From Podarcis vaucheri (taxonomy: Eukaryota), in assembly GCA_965113315.1 (NCBI GenBank), contig OZ220363.1: 64,000 nucleotides of DNA; one strand, given 5' to 3'. The notes under the pieces are model-generated. The model worked only from the letters and a program-made list of their open reading frames with translations, had not been told where the DNA came from and did not search any database. The position numbers were made by a program, and so were the translations under genes. This document shows positions 13,216 to 25,479 of the stretch, in pieces (the first letter of the stretch is position 1; the number at the start of each line of letters is the position of its first letter).

Positions 13216-14475
13216 GGGCTTATTATAAGGCAGCCATCAATGCTTGTATCTGGCATGCTTCCAATGCAGAGCTGTTGTTGCATTCGACATTCTGTGGCCA
13301 TAGGATCCCCTGATATTTAGATTTCAACTGACCAAGACCCCTGCTTGTAACTCCCATAAAAACAGACATCTGCACTGAGTACTTGGCAAATTTGACACTG
13401 GTGAGTCAAATACTGTCCCCACCTCTGATTCCTGTTGCCAGTTTGGTCATTTTTCATCATCTGTTTAAGATGGTGAATCACCAAAGCCTAGTGACTCAAA
13501 GCCAGTGACAAGAACGGAAAGCAACTGCTCAGCAGTGAAACTATGTTCACTTCATGATGATGTCTGATCCCTCCAGTCAAGCCAGAGGAGTACCAAAGCA
13601 ACAGATGCCAAAAGAATTGCAAAACAACGATCAGAAGAGCGGCCGTTGCATCATCACAGCCTATGCAGTTTTGTTTTTCCAACTTGCATGAGTGTGCTTA
13701 AAATACCAAGTTGAGTTAGTAACACCAGAGATGCTAAAAATCCCAAAGGTAGCTTACAACACATCAGAAAACGGCACTTCACACTGCAAATTCATTCTTT
13801 TATATTGACTCCTAAAAAAAAATAGTACAAGAGAAGACTGGCCACACCAGCATGGGCTAGATTCCTAAGGGCACTTCCAGGTTCACGGTGTATATCGCAC
13901 ACATCTTATTTTATTTTAAGGCACAATATTTTAAGGCACATATTTTCTGAACAAATATGGTTGGCTGAACCCTATCAATTTCAAGGATTCTGCAGATAAT
14001 GATTTTTTTTAAATGAAATAAAACTGATTTCACAAATAAATCTAAGTGCAGCTATCACAAACAATGAAACTTTAAAAGCTAGAAACAAAAAGAGCTTGGC
14101 AAGACACCAAATACAGCCTTCTACATAGCATCCTCTAGTAACAAACATGCATAACATTAAAAGGTCACCAGCTGATACGTAAGCATGCCTGAATGTGCAC
14201 TCCAAGGTTAAATATAGGCAACACTGCCCCGATTAGCGCCTCCTTTTACCGGATTTGCAAGTGACCAATTTTTCATGATAAATAAAGATTAGGTAGCTTT
14301 CCAACTTATTGCAAGCAACTTAATGTATGGTTCATTCTAAAGAAGATGTACAGCCACTAGTACAGCTAGTGGCATGTCAAGTAACTGTGGTAAGGAACAC
14401 AAATATAATAAAGGTTACTGGTAACTAGATACATTATCTATTGGTAAATAAAATTAGTGAAAAATTATATGTATT

Positions 14476-14747
14476 GGAGGGGGAGGGGCAGTTGCCCCAG
14501 GTGCAAAATGTCAATGGCCAGTGCTGGTGCCTCAATACAGCTGCATGCTTATGCTGCTGGGCTCCGTTGAAAACGTGAACCAAGAAATGACCTCTCCAGA
14601 CATTGGAACAACTCTACTCTTCGTAACTCTGCGGCTGCAATCTGCTGGGTGACACAGACGCCGTTAGGCAGTTGAATGTGCCTCCCACCCACCCACTCCC
14701 ACCCCTCCTCATGGCTCCAGGCACTGGCAACTCACGCTACGCCACTG
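14476..14747. mobile_element. hAT-like MITE remnant (TIR CAGTGGCGTAGC)
   Basis: Right end ACGCTACGCCACTG, GC-rich interior (GGCAGTTGCCCCAGGTGCAAAA); left TIR not clear. Confidence 0.5.
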
Positions 14748-14942
14748 AGTGGATTGTGTGAGTTAAAAGAAAATATAACAAGGGCTTCTTAATTCTTCAA
14801 TTCTGCACAAGTACAGGAGTGCTTCCTAAAAACAGCTGCTTTTTATATTTCTCCTATGAAAGTATTTTTGAAAGTATTTGGGTAATACAAACATTAGAGC
14901 ACATCATGGGGGGGGCAATATTAGAATACAGTGAATGAGCCT

Positions 14943-15085
14943 AGATAACTCAGTGCTCTCAGTGCTGATAATGCCAAGGTTGCAGGTTTGATCCCCATAT
15001 GGGACACCTGCATATTCCTGCACTGCAGGGGGTTGGACTAGATGATCCTCAGGGTCCTTTCTAACTCTACAATTATATGATTCTA
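14943..15085 (+). mobile_element. tRNA-Ile-derived SINE with CR1-like tail
   Basis: GTGCTGATAATGCCAAGGTTGCAGGTTTGATCCCC...GGGGTTGGACTAGATGATCCTCAGGGTCCTTTCTAACTCTACAATTATATGATTCTA; same family as 4081-4213. Confidence 0.88.
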
Positions 15086-15737
15086 CTCACAGCCCTAAAT
15101 ATAACTACCAGTCTTACCAGACCAAAAATAAAACAAAGCAAAACAAAATGGAGTAACAGCATCCAAAATGGAGTAACCTGGATCTTATTTGTGTGAACTA
15201 TTGAATTACCCAGAAGAATGTGTAACTGTGGGATACACATTGTCCCAGGACATCAATGACAGCAACATTATCATTGCCTATAATCAGGATAAAATTCTGG
15301 TCAGTACATAAAAGGTGAGTGAAGAGAAGACAAATTAAGTTATAGTGCTACGCAGAGCGCTCACCAACACACCCAGAAAACACATGTACATGCACAAATT
15401 CCTATTTCTGCTTCAGGGAATTGGAAGAGAACTGGAGAGGGGGAATCAAGGGCACCTTGATAAATGAGTCACTGAATTAGCTGCTAATTAAACCTAAAAA
15501 GCTTGTGACGAAGGAGCAAGAAAGTAGGTGGCTAAACTGCTAGAAAAAAAGTCAGTTTCTAATAAATGAACTGCTACTTCACAGCACTAATTGACAAGCT
15601 TTTTTCTAAGCACACAATATTCTCAAGACGCCACAAGTATCAGCACTGTCAAAGACAGTGGTGCTTTGGAGAGGGGGTTTGTCTTTTCTCAACTGAATAG
15701 TGTCATGAACTTTTTGACCCAAATTTTATATTAAACC

Positions 15738-15907
15738 AAAGGCAAAGGTAAGGGACAGTTAAATCCAGTCAAAGCAGTCAAAGGCAACTATGGGGTGCAG
15801 CGCTTATCTTGCTTCAGGCCGAGGGAGCCGGCGTTTGCCACAGTTTTCCGGGTCATGTGGCCATCATTGACTATATTGCTTCTGGTGCAACGGAAACACC
15901 GTTTACC
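15738..15907 (-). mobile_element. Diverged Sauria SINE fragment
   Basis: AAAGGCAAAGGTAAGGGA tail, GGCCGAGGGAGCCGGCG, TTCCGGGTCATGTGGCCA and CGGAAACACCGTTTACC blocks match the 32980 copy. Confidence 0.85.
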
Positions 15908-16694
15908 AAACTGCAGAAATGGTGACCTTCATACAGGCCACACCAAATGCAGGCCAGTGGACACACATTTTGCAATTCCAGGCAGACCACAAAATAGAAG
16001 ATTGACTGAACTTCTGGCTGGGCTCAGCTTGACAAATAATAATTTATGCAGGCATGAATCATATTTTATTGGTGTCAAAGGTGTTATAGAAGCATGTTCC
16101 TTCCTTTTAATAGTTCTTTCCCCCTTTTTCTCTCTCAATGTTTACGTACTGCAAACTCTCTCGGGTGCCCGGGTGCCACACCACCACCCACCACATCTCA
16201 TAGAATAACCAGGCAATGCAATGTATTTGGAGGCAAATAAGACCACAACTACTGACATCGCCATCTTGGGAAGTGCTATGGCCCTAGCACCCGCCTGGGC
16301 ATCTGGACAGAAGCAGTTCCCCCGAATCCCTTTAATGGAATACCATTTTCCTCAGAGGAGCAGGCAGAGGCTATAACCTCCCCTTCAGCCAAGACTAAGG
16401 CTTACCCAGTGCCTAAACTGCCAAAGTTGTGACAATTGCTATTAGGAAGGCAAAACCACAAGGTGTGAGCCAATTTGCCCTAGTGGGAAAATTCCTTGCC
16501 AGCTCCAAATACAATGTCCATAGTAAGGTTAAGCATTGAACAAGGCAAAAATACAAGGGAGGGTGGAAGGAAAACTTAGACCAACAAAGAGAACACAATT
16601 AGTCTTACTGTTGATTATTGGCTTTTAGTGACATGGGCTTCATCACTGGTGGCACCAGTGATCTTGAATGCACTCCCTGATGTATTGGCATTCC

Positions 16695-16978
16695 ACAGAC
16701 TTTTAAAGGTGCATCTGTTTACACTGTCATTCTCTTGATCTCTTGATTTGGACCTCCTATCTTAATTGCTGTTTTAATAGCATTGTTTTATTGCATACTG
16801 TGATCATTGATATTTTAAATATTTTAATAGGATTGTTTAATGCTGCATTTAAATTATAGGGTATTTACAATTTATTCTGCATTTTAACAATGTTGTGCAA
16901 TTGGTTTTTATGTTTTATAAACTGCTTAGAAGCCACCTAGGCATTAAGCAGTATATAAATTAATAAACAACAATAACA
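16695..16978 (+). mobile_element. L2-like LINE 3' end
   Basis: T-rich 3' UTR, then TAAACTGCTTAGAAGCC...ATTAAGCAGTATATAAAT and an AAT/AAC tail. Confidence 0.55.
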
Positions 16979-19900
16979 GAGTACAGCCTTCAGCAATGCA
17001 GAATGGGAGGACAGACTTGAGCAGTGATCTTTAAAATGGGAACAGGGGTGTTACAGGCGAATCCTTATTTTGTTAAATATTGGAGGTTAGTACAGATGTG
17101 TTGGCAGGCTGAATCCATGCTTCGGACCGAACAAAAACTTCCACTCATGTAATGGTCTGCATAACTCTTATACAATATTGATACCCTTTGTTAATGCAAG
17201 TTTACAGCAATAACATTTCACAGAATTTATAGTGTTATTCAATAATTAAATGCTCATCAAAAGCAAAATCAGGCCATTTAGAAAATAAATGCCAGGTTGG
17301 AATCAGAGCTATAAATCTAGGATATTGGAGACTGTAAATTGGGAAAAGCTTTAAAATGCAATATCTGAAGATCTGCAAACACTGGATTTGTAGACTAATG
17401 TTCTAAAAATTGTTCCAAATCCCACCTTTGCTAATTTTGGGAAGATTAATGTTTAGATCCATTTTGGGAGGAATCCATCCTTTTGAAAGTGGACATCTAA
17501 TCATGAAATTGGGTGTCACCTTTCTTTCTTCCCCATCCCCTCACAGCTTCTCCCACATCACCAAAATCTGCTTTGAAGCATGCTCAAGGGAGACACCAAA
17601 AACAGCAGTGGGGAGGAGATGAAGTTATAGTCCCACTACGCAAGTAGAAGTCTATTCCACTCATGAGTGGACAGCATTGAATTCCAAAGTAACACATCCT
17701 AAAAGATGAAAAGTGGGAGTGGGGGAGAAATGGACAACACTTTGCCCTTTGCAACTGCACTGTAGTTGTGTTTGCATGCATTGGCTGGGCCTAAACGTGG
17801 TTCACAAAATTCAAAGTTTGCAAAGCTTTTTCCAATGTACTGTAGAATTTATTTTTTATTTTTTGTGTGTGTTTCTGTAAAGCAACAAAATACCTTTAAC
17901 CAACATTATAATTCACTATTGGCCATCAATCACTCTCTACTCAGACAATGAAGTTTTTGTTAATGTCTGGTGAGGATATTTTCCTATAATACTTAGCATC
18001 AAGTCAATCATATGGCAAATTAAACTACAATAGATTCAGTTGATCTATGAGTGGTCAGGTTACAGTGAGTCATATTAGTCCAAAACTATTGCGCTGTTCA
18101 TATTCAAGCACCACTATATTTTTATATTACTTTTACTGTCAAATCAGAAGTGGACTTCACTGGCCTTCTTGAAGAGCAGACAAATATAAACGTGAGCCAG
18201 AAAAAGTTAAGGCTATAACCATATTTAAATAATGAGTGATGGCAAATATGCCACTTTTCTGTTAGTCAGTCCAGACACCAGGGAGAGGGTGGAGACATAG
18301 ATCTACTGCTTCCAACAGCAGCAAACATTATTCTTCCATGACATCTTATTCTGGTTCCTTGCTTATGACATAAGAAGCAAAGTAGGATTCAGATATATCA
18401 CCCAGAGGTCCATGGTCTGGAGAATGAAGTAGCCAGAGAAGACACCATACAGAAGCACTTCCCACACATTAGGTCCCCTAATACATGTACGTGTATCTGT
18501 GTATTATCAAAGTTATTGAGAGCAATTTCAAACCCAGAAGTTCTTGTGTATGGATAAATTATTATTTTTCTTCTCCCATGTTGCAACAAAAAAAAAGTTT
18601 GCAACCAACATTTGCACAAATGTAAAAATTATGGTTCTAAAGAATTCAAGATGTACATGATTTTTGATCTTATTAAAGTCCTTCATTTTGAAACAACTTT
18701 TAAAAATGTAATCACCTTCACAGGTGAGCTGCTTTATTTATCTATGGAGAACCATTTCATTGTGGATTGTAATTCTTCTAAGTGATTGTGATAATTTCTG
18801 TGAAGAACATCAGAAAGGAAAGTATTTATATGGAAAGAACTTTATTTTGTAGAACATATGTTAGACAGATAGTTCCTCGTAGCATCTGAACTTGGGGAAC
18901 TGTGGACTGGTAAACAGTGCTGAATGAGAATAAACCACAATCAAACTGATTTCAGGTCTTGGCTTGTTGTGAAATTATTGTTTAAACAAACCACAGTTCC
19001 TGTCACAGGAAACTCTGGTTAGTTTAAAATAAAAAATGTTTCTAATCTTGTTCTCTGGAATACAAAAGAAGAGGTATGTGTGGGAAATCAACTCAATAGG
19101 TCATTCACATATCAGGAAAACACAGTTTCTCATTACTACTGAACCAGGCAAGAATATGTGATGTACACATGCAAGTTTTCAATCAATCTGCTTTGGATAT
19201 TCTGGCTTTTAAGGAAGCTGGCAGTGCATTTGCGAGTCAGGAATGAAAATATTCACAGGGCCACAGGTAGATGGTAATAGTACTGAAGATTTTAAATTAT
19301 TATGTATACATCCCTGAAATTCAATTCTGAGTGAGCATGTCACTTACAAATGTTTAAAATAGTTGTACCATTTCTTAGATATGAGCAAAAAAGATTTGCT
19401 TTATAAAAAAAAAACCCATAGAGGCATAAATACTGACGGTAGACTTTTACCCAGTCAATGTTTTGATTGAATTTATTTATTTGGTTTCAACTACCAGCAT
19501 AAGTAATTAAGCAACAGTGAACTTAAAAGGGGGGGGTTCCCTTATGGTTGAATGATAGGATCTCTAACTCAGCCAATATTATAAATACTGATAACTTGCA
19601 CTACATTTGAGCAAATGCCTATTTTGGCACATGTTGATTCTGAAAACACACATTGTTTGACCAATGAGCCATAACTCCTCACTGAAAGGCATTGTGAAAA
19701 TCCCCCTTATTTCATGAATCATTGACCACTGTTTTCAAATCCTTCTTTTCTCGCAGGCCATAGCTCAGCTAATCATAAGGGTTCCAAATAGAAAGAAAAT
19801 CCTTATGCTCTGATGAGCAAATGAAGTAGCTTTCAATGCCCAACTCCCACAAACACTTATACATTTAAGTCCTACCCAAATAAATAATGTGGCCCCGATC

Positions 19901-19979
19901 CAGCTAAGGTTTAGGAGGAAGCCCTATTGAACTTACCTCCTGATTTGTGTACACTGATGGGAAAGGAAAGGAGCACTTT

Positions 19980-20076
19980 CAAGCAAGTGTCAGAAGTGTT
20001 TTTAATACTGAATTTTAAATGGTTGTAACCCACCCTGTGACCTGCTGATGAAGGGAGGGAAATCAATATAATAATA
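19980..20076 (+). mobile_element. L2-like 3' tail
   Basis: TTTTAAATGGTTGTAACCCACCCTGTGACCTGCTGATGAAGGGAGGGAAATCAATATAATAATA; similar tail at ~41123-41190. Confidence 0.6.
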
Positions 20077-20968
20077 GATTCAATCATCAACATCATCACC
20101 CCTGTCATGCTCTGGTCCTGAGGAGAAATCTAAAAGGGCACAGCAAGGTGGGGCTGCTGTCACAATCCCAAAAGAGCTCCTAGTGAACAGCTTGCTTCAA
20201 TGAGGTCCAGAGGCAAACTTGAGACCTTTTGCACCTCTGCCTCTAGTCCACCTCTCCTAAACTCTGCTCTGCTCCCTTTGTTGGAAAACTGCAGGCTCTT
20301 AAAGAGGCAGCTCTCTGGCCTGAAGATGGACTTCCTGTCTTATGTACTGCTCTATTATGTGATCAGTTGCTACAATTTACAGTTTGAAAACAAATGTAAA
20401 TTGATTTATTCCTAGACCTCTTTATTCCTTGGCCCAAAGATTAACAGAAGGCGAGGAGAGGGGATGGGGACTCTTCAAAATCATCTTAAAACACCCTGGC
20501 CTCAATCCAGTTAAGGTCAGTCATTTCTAAATGCCATTAGGACCACCAGAACTGGAGTTAGATACAAAATATTTGTTCCATTGGGTCAACCAGGCTTTAA
20601 TACTGACTAGCATATTTCCTTTAGGGACACTGACTCCAGAGTTTAGCTTATCTTATTTCTATCCATATCAATGGGGTGGCAAGGACACACCCCTAGAATA
20701 GGAGCAACCCCCAAAATTCAAAGATCTCTGTAGATCAAAGACAACAAATATTCTTTCATGGATGGGGGGTATACTTTATTAAAATGTGCATTTCTAGTCT
20801 GCATCTACCACACCCATTTATAAGTACTTTCTATCTTTCTTTAGCAATTTCTGGCATTTACTGAAACTGTGAATTGGGCAGTTTAAAGTCTTCCAACAAC
20901 AGTGACGCTCTGTTAGTTCCAGTACAAAAACAATGATGTGAGTGGTCACTGAATCTAAAGCTCTGGTA

Positions 20969-21232
20969 CAGTGGTACCTTGGGTTACATACGCTTCAGGT
21001 TACATACGCTTCAGGTTACATACGCTTCAGGTTACAGATTCCGCTAACCCAGAAATAGTACCTCGGGTTAAGAACTTTGCTTCAGGATGAGAACAGAAAT
21101 TGTGTGGCAGCGGCAGCACAGCAGCAGCGGCGGGAGGCCTCATTAGCTAAAGTGGTACCTCAGGTTAAGAACAGTATCAGGTTAAGAACGGACCTCCAGA
21201 ACGAATTAAGTTCTTAATCCGAGGTACCCCTG
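20969..21232 (+). mobile_element. Tc1/mariner MITE (CAGTGGTACCT family)
   Basis: TA|CAGTGGTACCTTGGGTT...CCGAGGTACCCCTG|CA; three tandem 16-bp GGTTACATACGCTTCA units. Confidence 0.92.
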
Positions 21233-22334
21233 CATTTGAAGTCTGCCACAATCCAAAACCTTGCAATGAAAAACTGTACTGCTAAGGCTAACATTTGCTT
21301 TTGTTCACAATATTTTGTTAGATATGTTACTTTTCACCTTTCATTTCAAGTGGAAAGCAAAGGCAGTTCCAAGCTGCACAAATGCAAATGTTATTTTCAA
21401 CAGTGCTGGCTAACTGTTACTCTCTAAGATCACCCTAACATGAGGTTACTATTATCAATTGTGAAAGCACAACAGGTGGGTCACGAGGAAGGTCACATTA
21501 GTTTTGTTCACAGGCCCAGACACAAGGTTTTCATTATCCTTAATAAAAACAGAAGCAAGCAATAAAAATATATCACTGCAGGAACATATCTCTCCATTCA
21601 TAGGCCATATATAACCTTAAACATTAGCTCCTAGTATTTCAAAATACTTCTGCTGGCTTCAGTATTATGATTATTTTTGCGGTTGCTACTTTAGAAAATA
21701 AATGTTATAAATCATGGCTCAACTTCTCAACAGTCCTTTTGAAGTGCATTTTAAAACGTTGGTCTAGACGGATCTAAAATATATTGGTCCACTTCAAAAT
21801 TTTAAGCACTTTAGATGGTCAATAAGGTAAGAGAGCTATTTAGCAATTCCTGTCATTAGAGCAATATGAAATTATGATGACCTAGGAGCAATTAATGGCC
21901 ATGTTCAAATCCCAATACTAAGCTAAAGTAGAAACATAATTCAGTAGTGGTGCAAAATAGCCCAGAAATTTAATCTCAGCATAAAGTTATGAGAAATCAG
22001 CTTGTTCACATTCTACTCAGCACATGCTATAAGAAGTCCCTTTACCTAAGATAATACAACTCTACAGTTTTGATGTCATGTATTTGTGCACTTTTTTTTA
22101 AAAAAAAAAGCTTTTTACATGTATCATTGAGAGCTAACCCTATGCTGCCTCATTTAAGAAGCCCAAATTACACATAGCACTAGCTTTCTTCGTTCTACAT
22201 TTTCCTTCTTCCTTGCCATGAGCACGGCAAACAACTGTAAGATTCAACAGAATTCACAGTCTGATCAGGAATGAAGGCAATTTGAAGCTCCAGTGTTTCC
22301 ACGATTCCCAAACGTGTAGTATGTCATGACATAC

Positions 22335-22598
22335 CAGTACTGGCCCTACCATTAAACAGAGTGTGGCAGCTGCCCCAGGCGGCATACACTGGATATAGGG
22401 AGCAGCAACAAGATAGTGGAGAGCATAGCTGTTTCTACCACATGGCCTGGCTTTCGTCCCCTAAACCTGCCTGCTACTCTCAGGAAGACACTGTCCCTTC
22501 ACCAGTAAGATTCAGTTGCCAGTCTTTTATTCATAGAATGGGAGAGGGTGCCATTTTGACCTTTGCCTCAGACAGCAAAATATTGTGGGCCAATCCTA
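22335..22598. mobile_element. Old hAT-like MITE (GGCCCTACC...TGGGCC family)
   Basis: Left CAGTACTGGCCCTACCATTAAACAGAGTGTGGCAGCTGCC, right TTTGCCTCAGACAGCAAAATATTGTGGGCCAATCCT. Confidence 0.45.
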
Positions 22599-23910
22599 TA
22601 CCATATGTCAACTTTTCTTCCAGCTCTTTTGGAACAGTTGAGGACCAGCCTGTCCCTTCCAACATCCATATATAGGCTCCTCTGACAAAAAAAAAAAAAA
22701 TCCTCACATGGGATAGGTGATGGGGAATGAGTTGAGTCCCAAACCCAGAAAGTTGCAAACATGTCCTTAAGTCCAACTGAATAACTAATTTGTGTTGGTT
22801 TTTTTTAAAAAAAAAAAAAGATTGAGAAATAAGAGAATATATTGGTGTTCAATCAAACATAATATGCATTGTAGATTTGTTCCTTGCTGCAAGAAGCAAA
22901 AGACAGGGAGGGAGATGTCAGATATTTGAAGTCAAGGACAATCCTATTTTGTTTCATCCAAAACTTATTCACACAGCAGGTGATGCTCTCATGCTTACAA
23001 AGCATGCCAAAACCCTATCTACAAAGTGTTATACTAAAAGCAGTGGCATGTAAATAATTTTGACATGATAAATATCTTGTGAAGGCAGGTTATGACCAAA
23101 CAAACTGTATTTTATTCAATTATGTTTATACTAAAAATTCCAAAGACTCCTGCAGAATTAGTCAAAGTAGTTTAGTAGGCAAATTTGTGGTTAGCATTTC
23201 AGCAAATTAGTTCTTTTTCTTTTTCCACATCCTTACCTGTGCGTGCCACGCTGTGCACTGACATTAATTTCTGGAACACTTAGATTGTATAGCATGCAGG
23301 GTACTTTAAAATAAAATTAGCACTTTTAAAGCAATTGCCAAGTGTACATAGTTTTTAAGCAGCTATGGGATTCTCCATTCCCATCCTGCCCAGTGGTCTC
23401 ATATATAATAGACAACAGTAAGTTTTGATTCCCCCCCCCCCAAAAAAAAAAGGTTTTATAATATGGAAAGAAAGCAAATGCATTCAAGCAAACAGAGCAC
23501 AAATACTTTATAAGGATAAAGGAAATTTATGGACAACACTATAACATTTTGAAAAGTTTGCTGTAATTATAATTCCACTTCCCACATTTGTCAATTGGAT
23601 ATTTAATACTTTAAAGAACCCCTCTCCTTGTTTGCCTGCAGGATGTGCAAGTTCCATTTCTTTCAGAGGTTTGCCTGCCACAGAAATCCAGTCCCTGTGT
23701 TAGGTTGTGCTCTCTTCTGCCTAATAAGAAACGAGTGTCATCAACATATTTCACAGGGGCATGCATATGGCTGCTAATGATTTGGTTATAACAGCAGGAA
23801 TTGAAATGGCATCTGGAATGTGGTATTTGTTGACAAGGTTTTGGTTAAACAGAGGATGGTTTGTGGTTTTCTGTCACCAGGCCCCTCGGGCATTTATAGC
23901 ATTATTAATT

Positions 23911-24050
23911 AATCTTCACAACCAACCTGTGAAGGTGGTTAGGCTGAGAGACAGAGATTGTGCTAGAGAGCTTCATGACTTGAGTGGGGATTTAAACCTG
24001 GGTCTTCCAGCTCCTATCCTGACTATCCATTACATTACATTACACTACAT
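23911..24050 (-). mobile_element. MIR/CORE-related squamate SINE
   Basis: AATCTTCACAACCAACCTGTGAAGGTGGTTAGGCTGAGAG...GAGCTTCATGACTTGAGTGGGGATTTAAACCTGGGTCTTCC: CORE-like block plus reverse B box. Confidence 0.75.
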
Positions 24051-25479
24051 TAGCTCCTATATACTGACTGCTATGATGGGTTTAAAACATGAAATTTCTC
24101 ATTAAAATAAAATTCCAAAAAAGTCACATTTCCAATTTATCTTAAAATGTGTTGATACATACAGACCAAACTCAAGGTTCCAAGAGGAAATCTGAGGTGC
24201 AGGAAAAGAAAAAGGCTTTACTTGTTCTTGACACCAAAGATGATCAATATCTTGTGAAGGCATCTAAAATGTCATGATGAAGATTGCACCTACGTACAAA
24301 GGCACGCAAGACATAAAGGAAGCAGCTATCAGTGGCAGAGATTATGCACCCCTCCTGCCTTCCAAAGTAGATCTCAGTGCTACTGAAATGTTGTATTTAG
24401 AAAAATAATGATTTGGCAGAGTCTCTATATCAAATCCTAGGTCTTAATTCTGTAAATTCAACCACGAATACTTTTAACTTTGGATGGATTATTCACATGC
24501 TTCATTGTTAAGCATCCTGAGGGCTTTGATCCCAATTTGTAGGGTGAGAAAAGTGTAGCTTGAATGTTCATGTATCACATGAAATCCATTTCATAACACT
24601 ACAGTGATTAAAGGATTACAGTGTTTTCTTGTAACTGATATTTTGGATGTGGGATGTGTTGCCAAAACTTTTTTTTTTTACATATGCATCACTCTTCATC
24701 CAACGTGAAAACTACCTCTATACATGCAACAGACTCTGTATATCCTTTTCTGCCACATACATGGCAGCTTCTCCAAGGAATGCTGGAATGTTAGACAAAT
24801 ACTTCATTTCAATCCCAAAGACTCCTGGATTGTCCAAAGAACCAGTTCTAAACCTCTCCTGTATTGCCTATCTTGCAGAAGTTCCAAAGCCACCAGCACA
24901 GCACAACTGTAGTAATATGTGATTCGTCATATATAGAACTGGGAGGCCTCAAGCTACTGATTTCCCAAAGACCTTTTATCACAAAAATATGCCTGCCTTC
25001 CTGCCTGCCTTCTTTGGATTCAGTATATCAGAAGTTAATGAGCATGTGAAAACAGGAACAACAAAAATCTGACATCTCAAAGTAATAAAAACCTTGACCA
25101 TAGCATGATCTTTTGTGGGCAAGAGTTCTAGTTGCAATAAAGTTATTAGCCTTTGCCACTTATTGATTACTAATGATCATAAATAATAATTCCATGGGCA
25201 ATCCAGTAGCAACAGGTGTGATGAGGAAGAGCTGCAAAGCCTCTCTGCTGACACAGACATCACTGCAGCTTACTTTAAGAGGGCTGAGGAGGGGCAAGAT
25301 AGTGAGTTCATCAAGGCAGAGCAGAGACATCAGCAGAGTGGCCCTACCGTTGCATCTATGTGGCCCAGACCATGTCATTTCCCAGCCCTAACCCTGCCTC
25401 ATTCAGGTGAAACTATTTCAATAAGGGAGAAATCAGAAGGTCCAGAGGTCTTCCTGGAACGTTTAGATGAGAATGAGAT

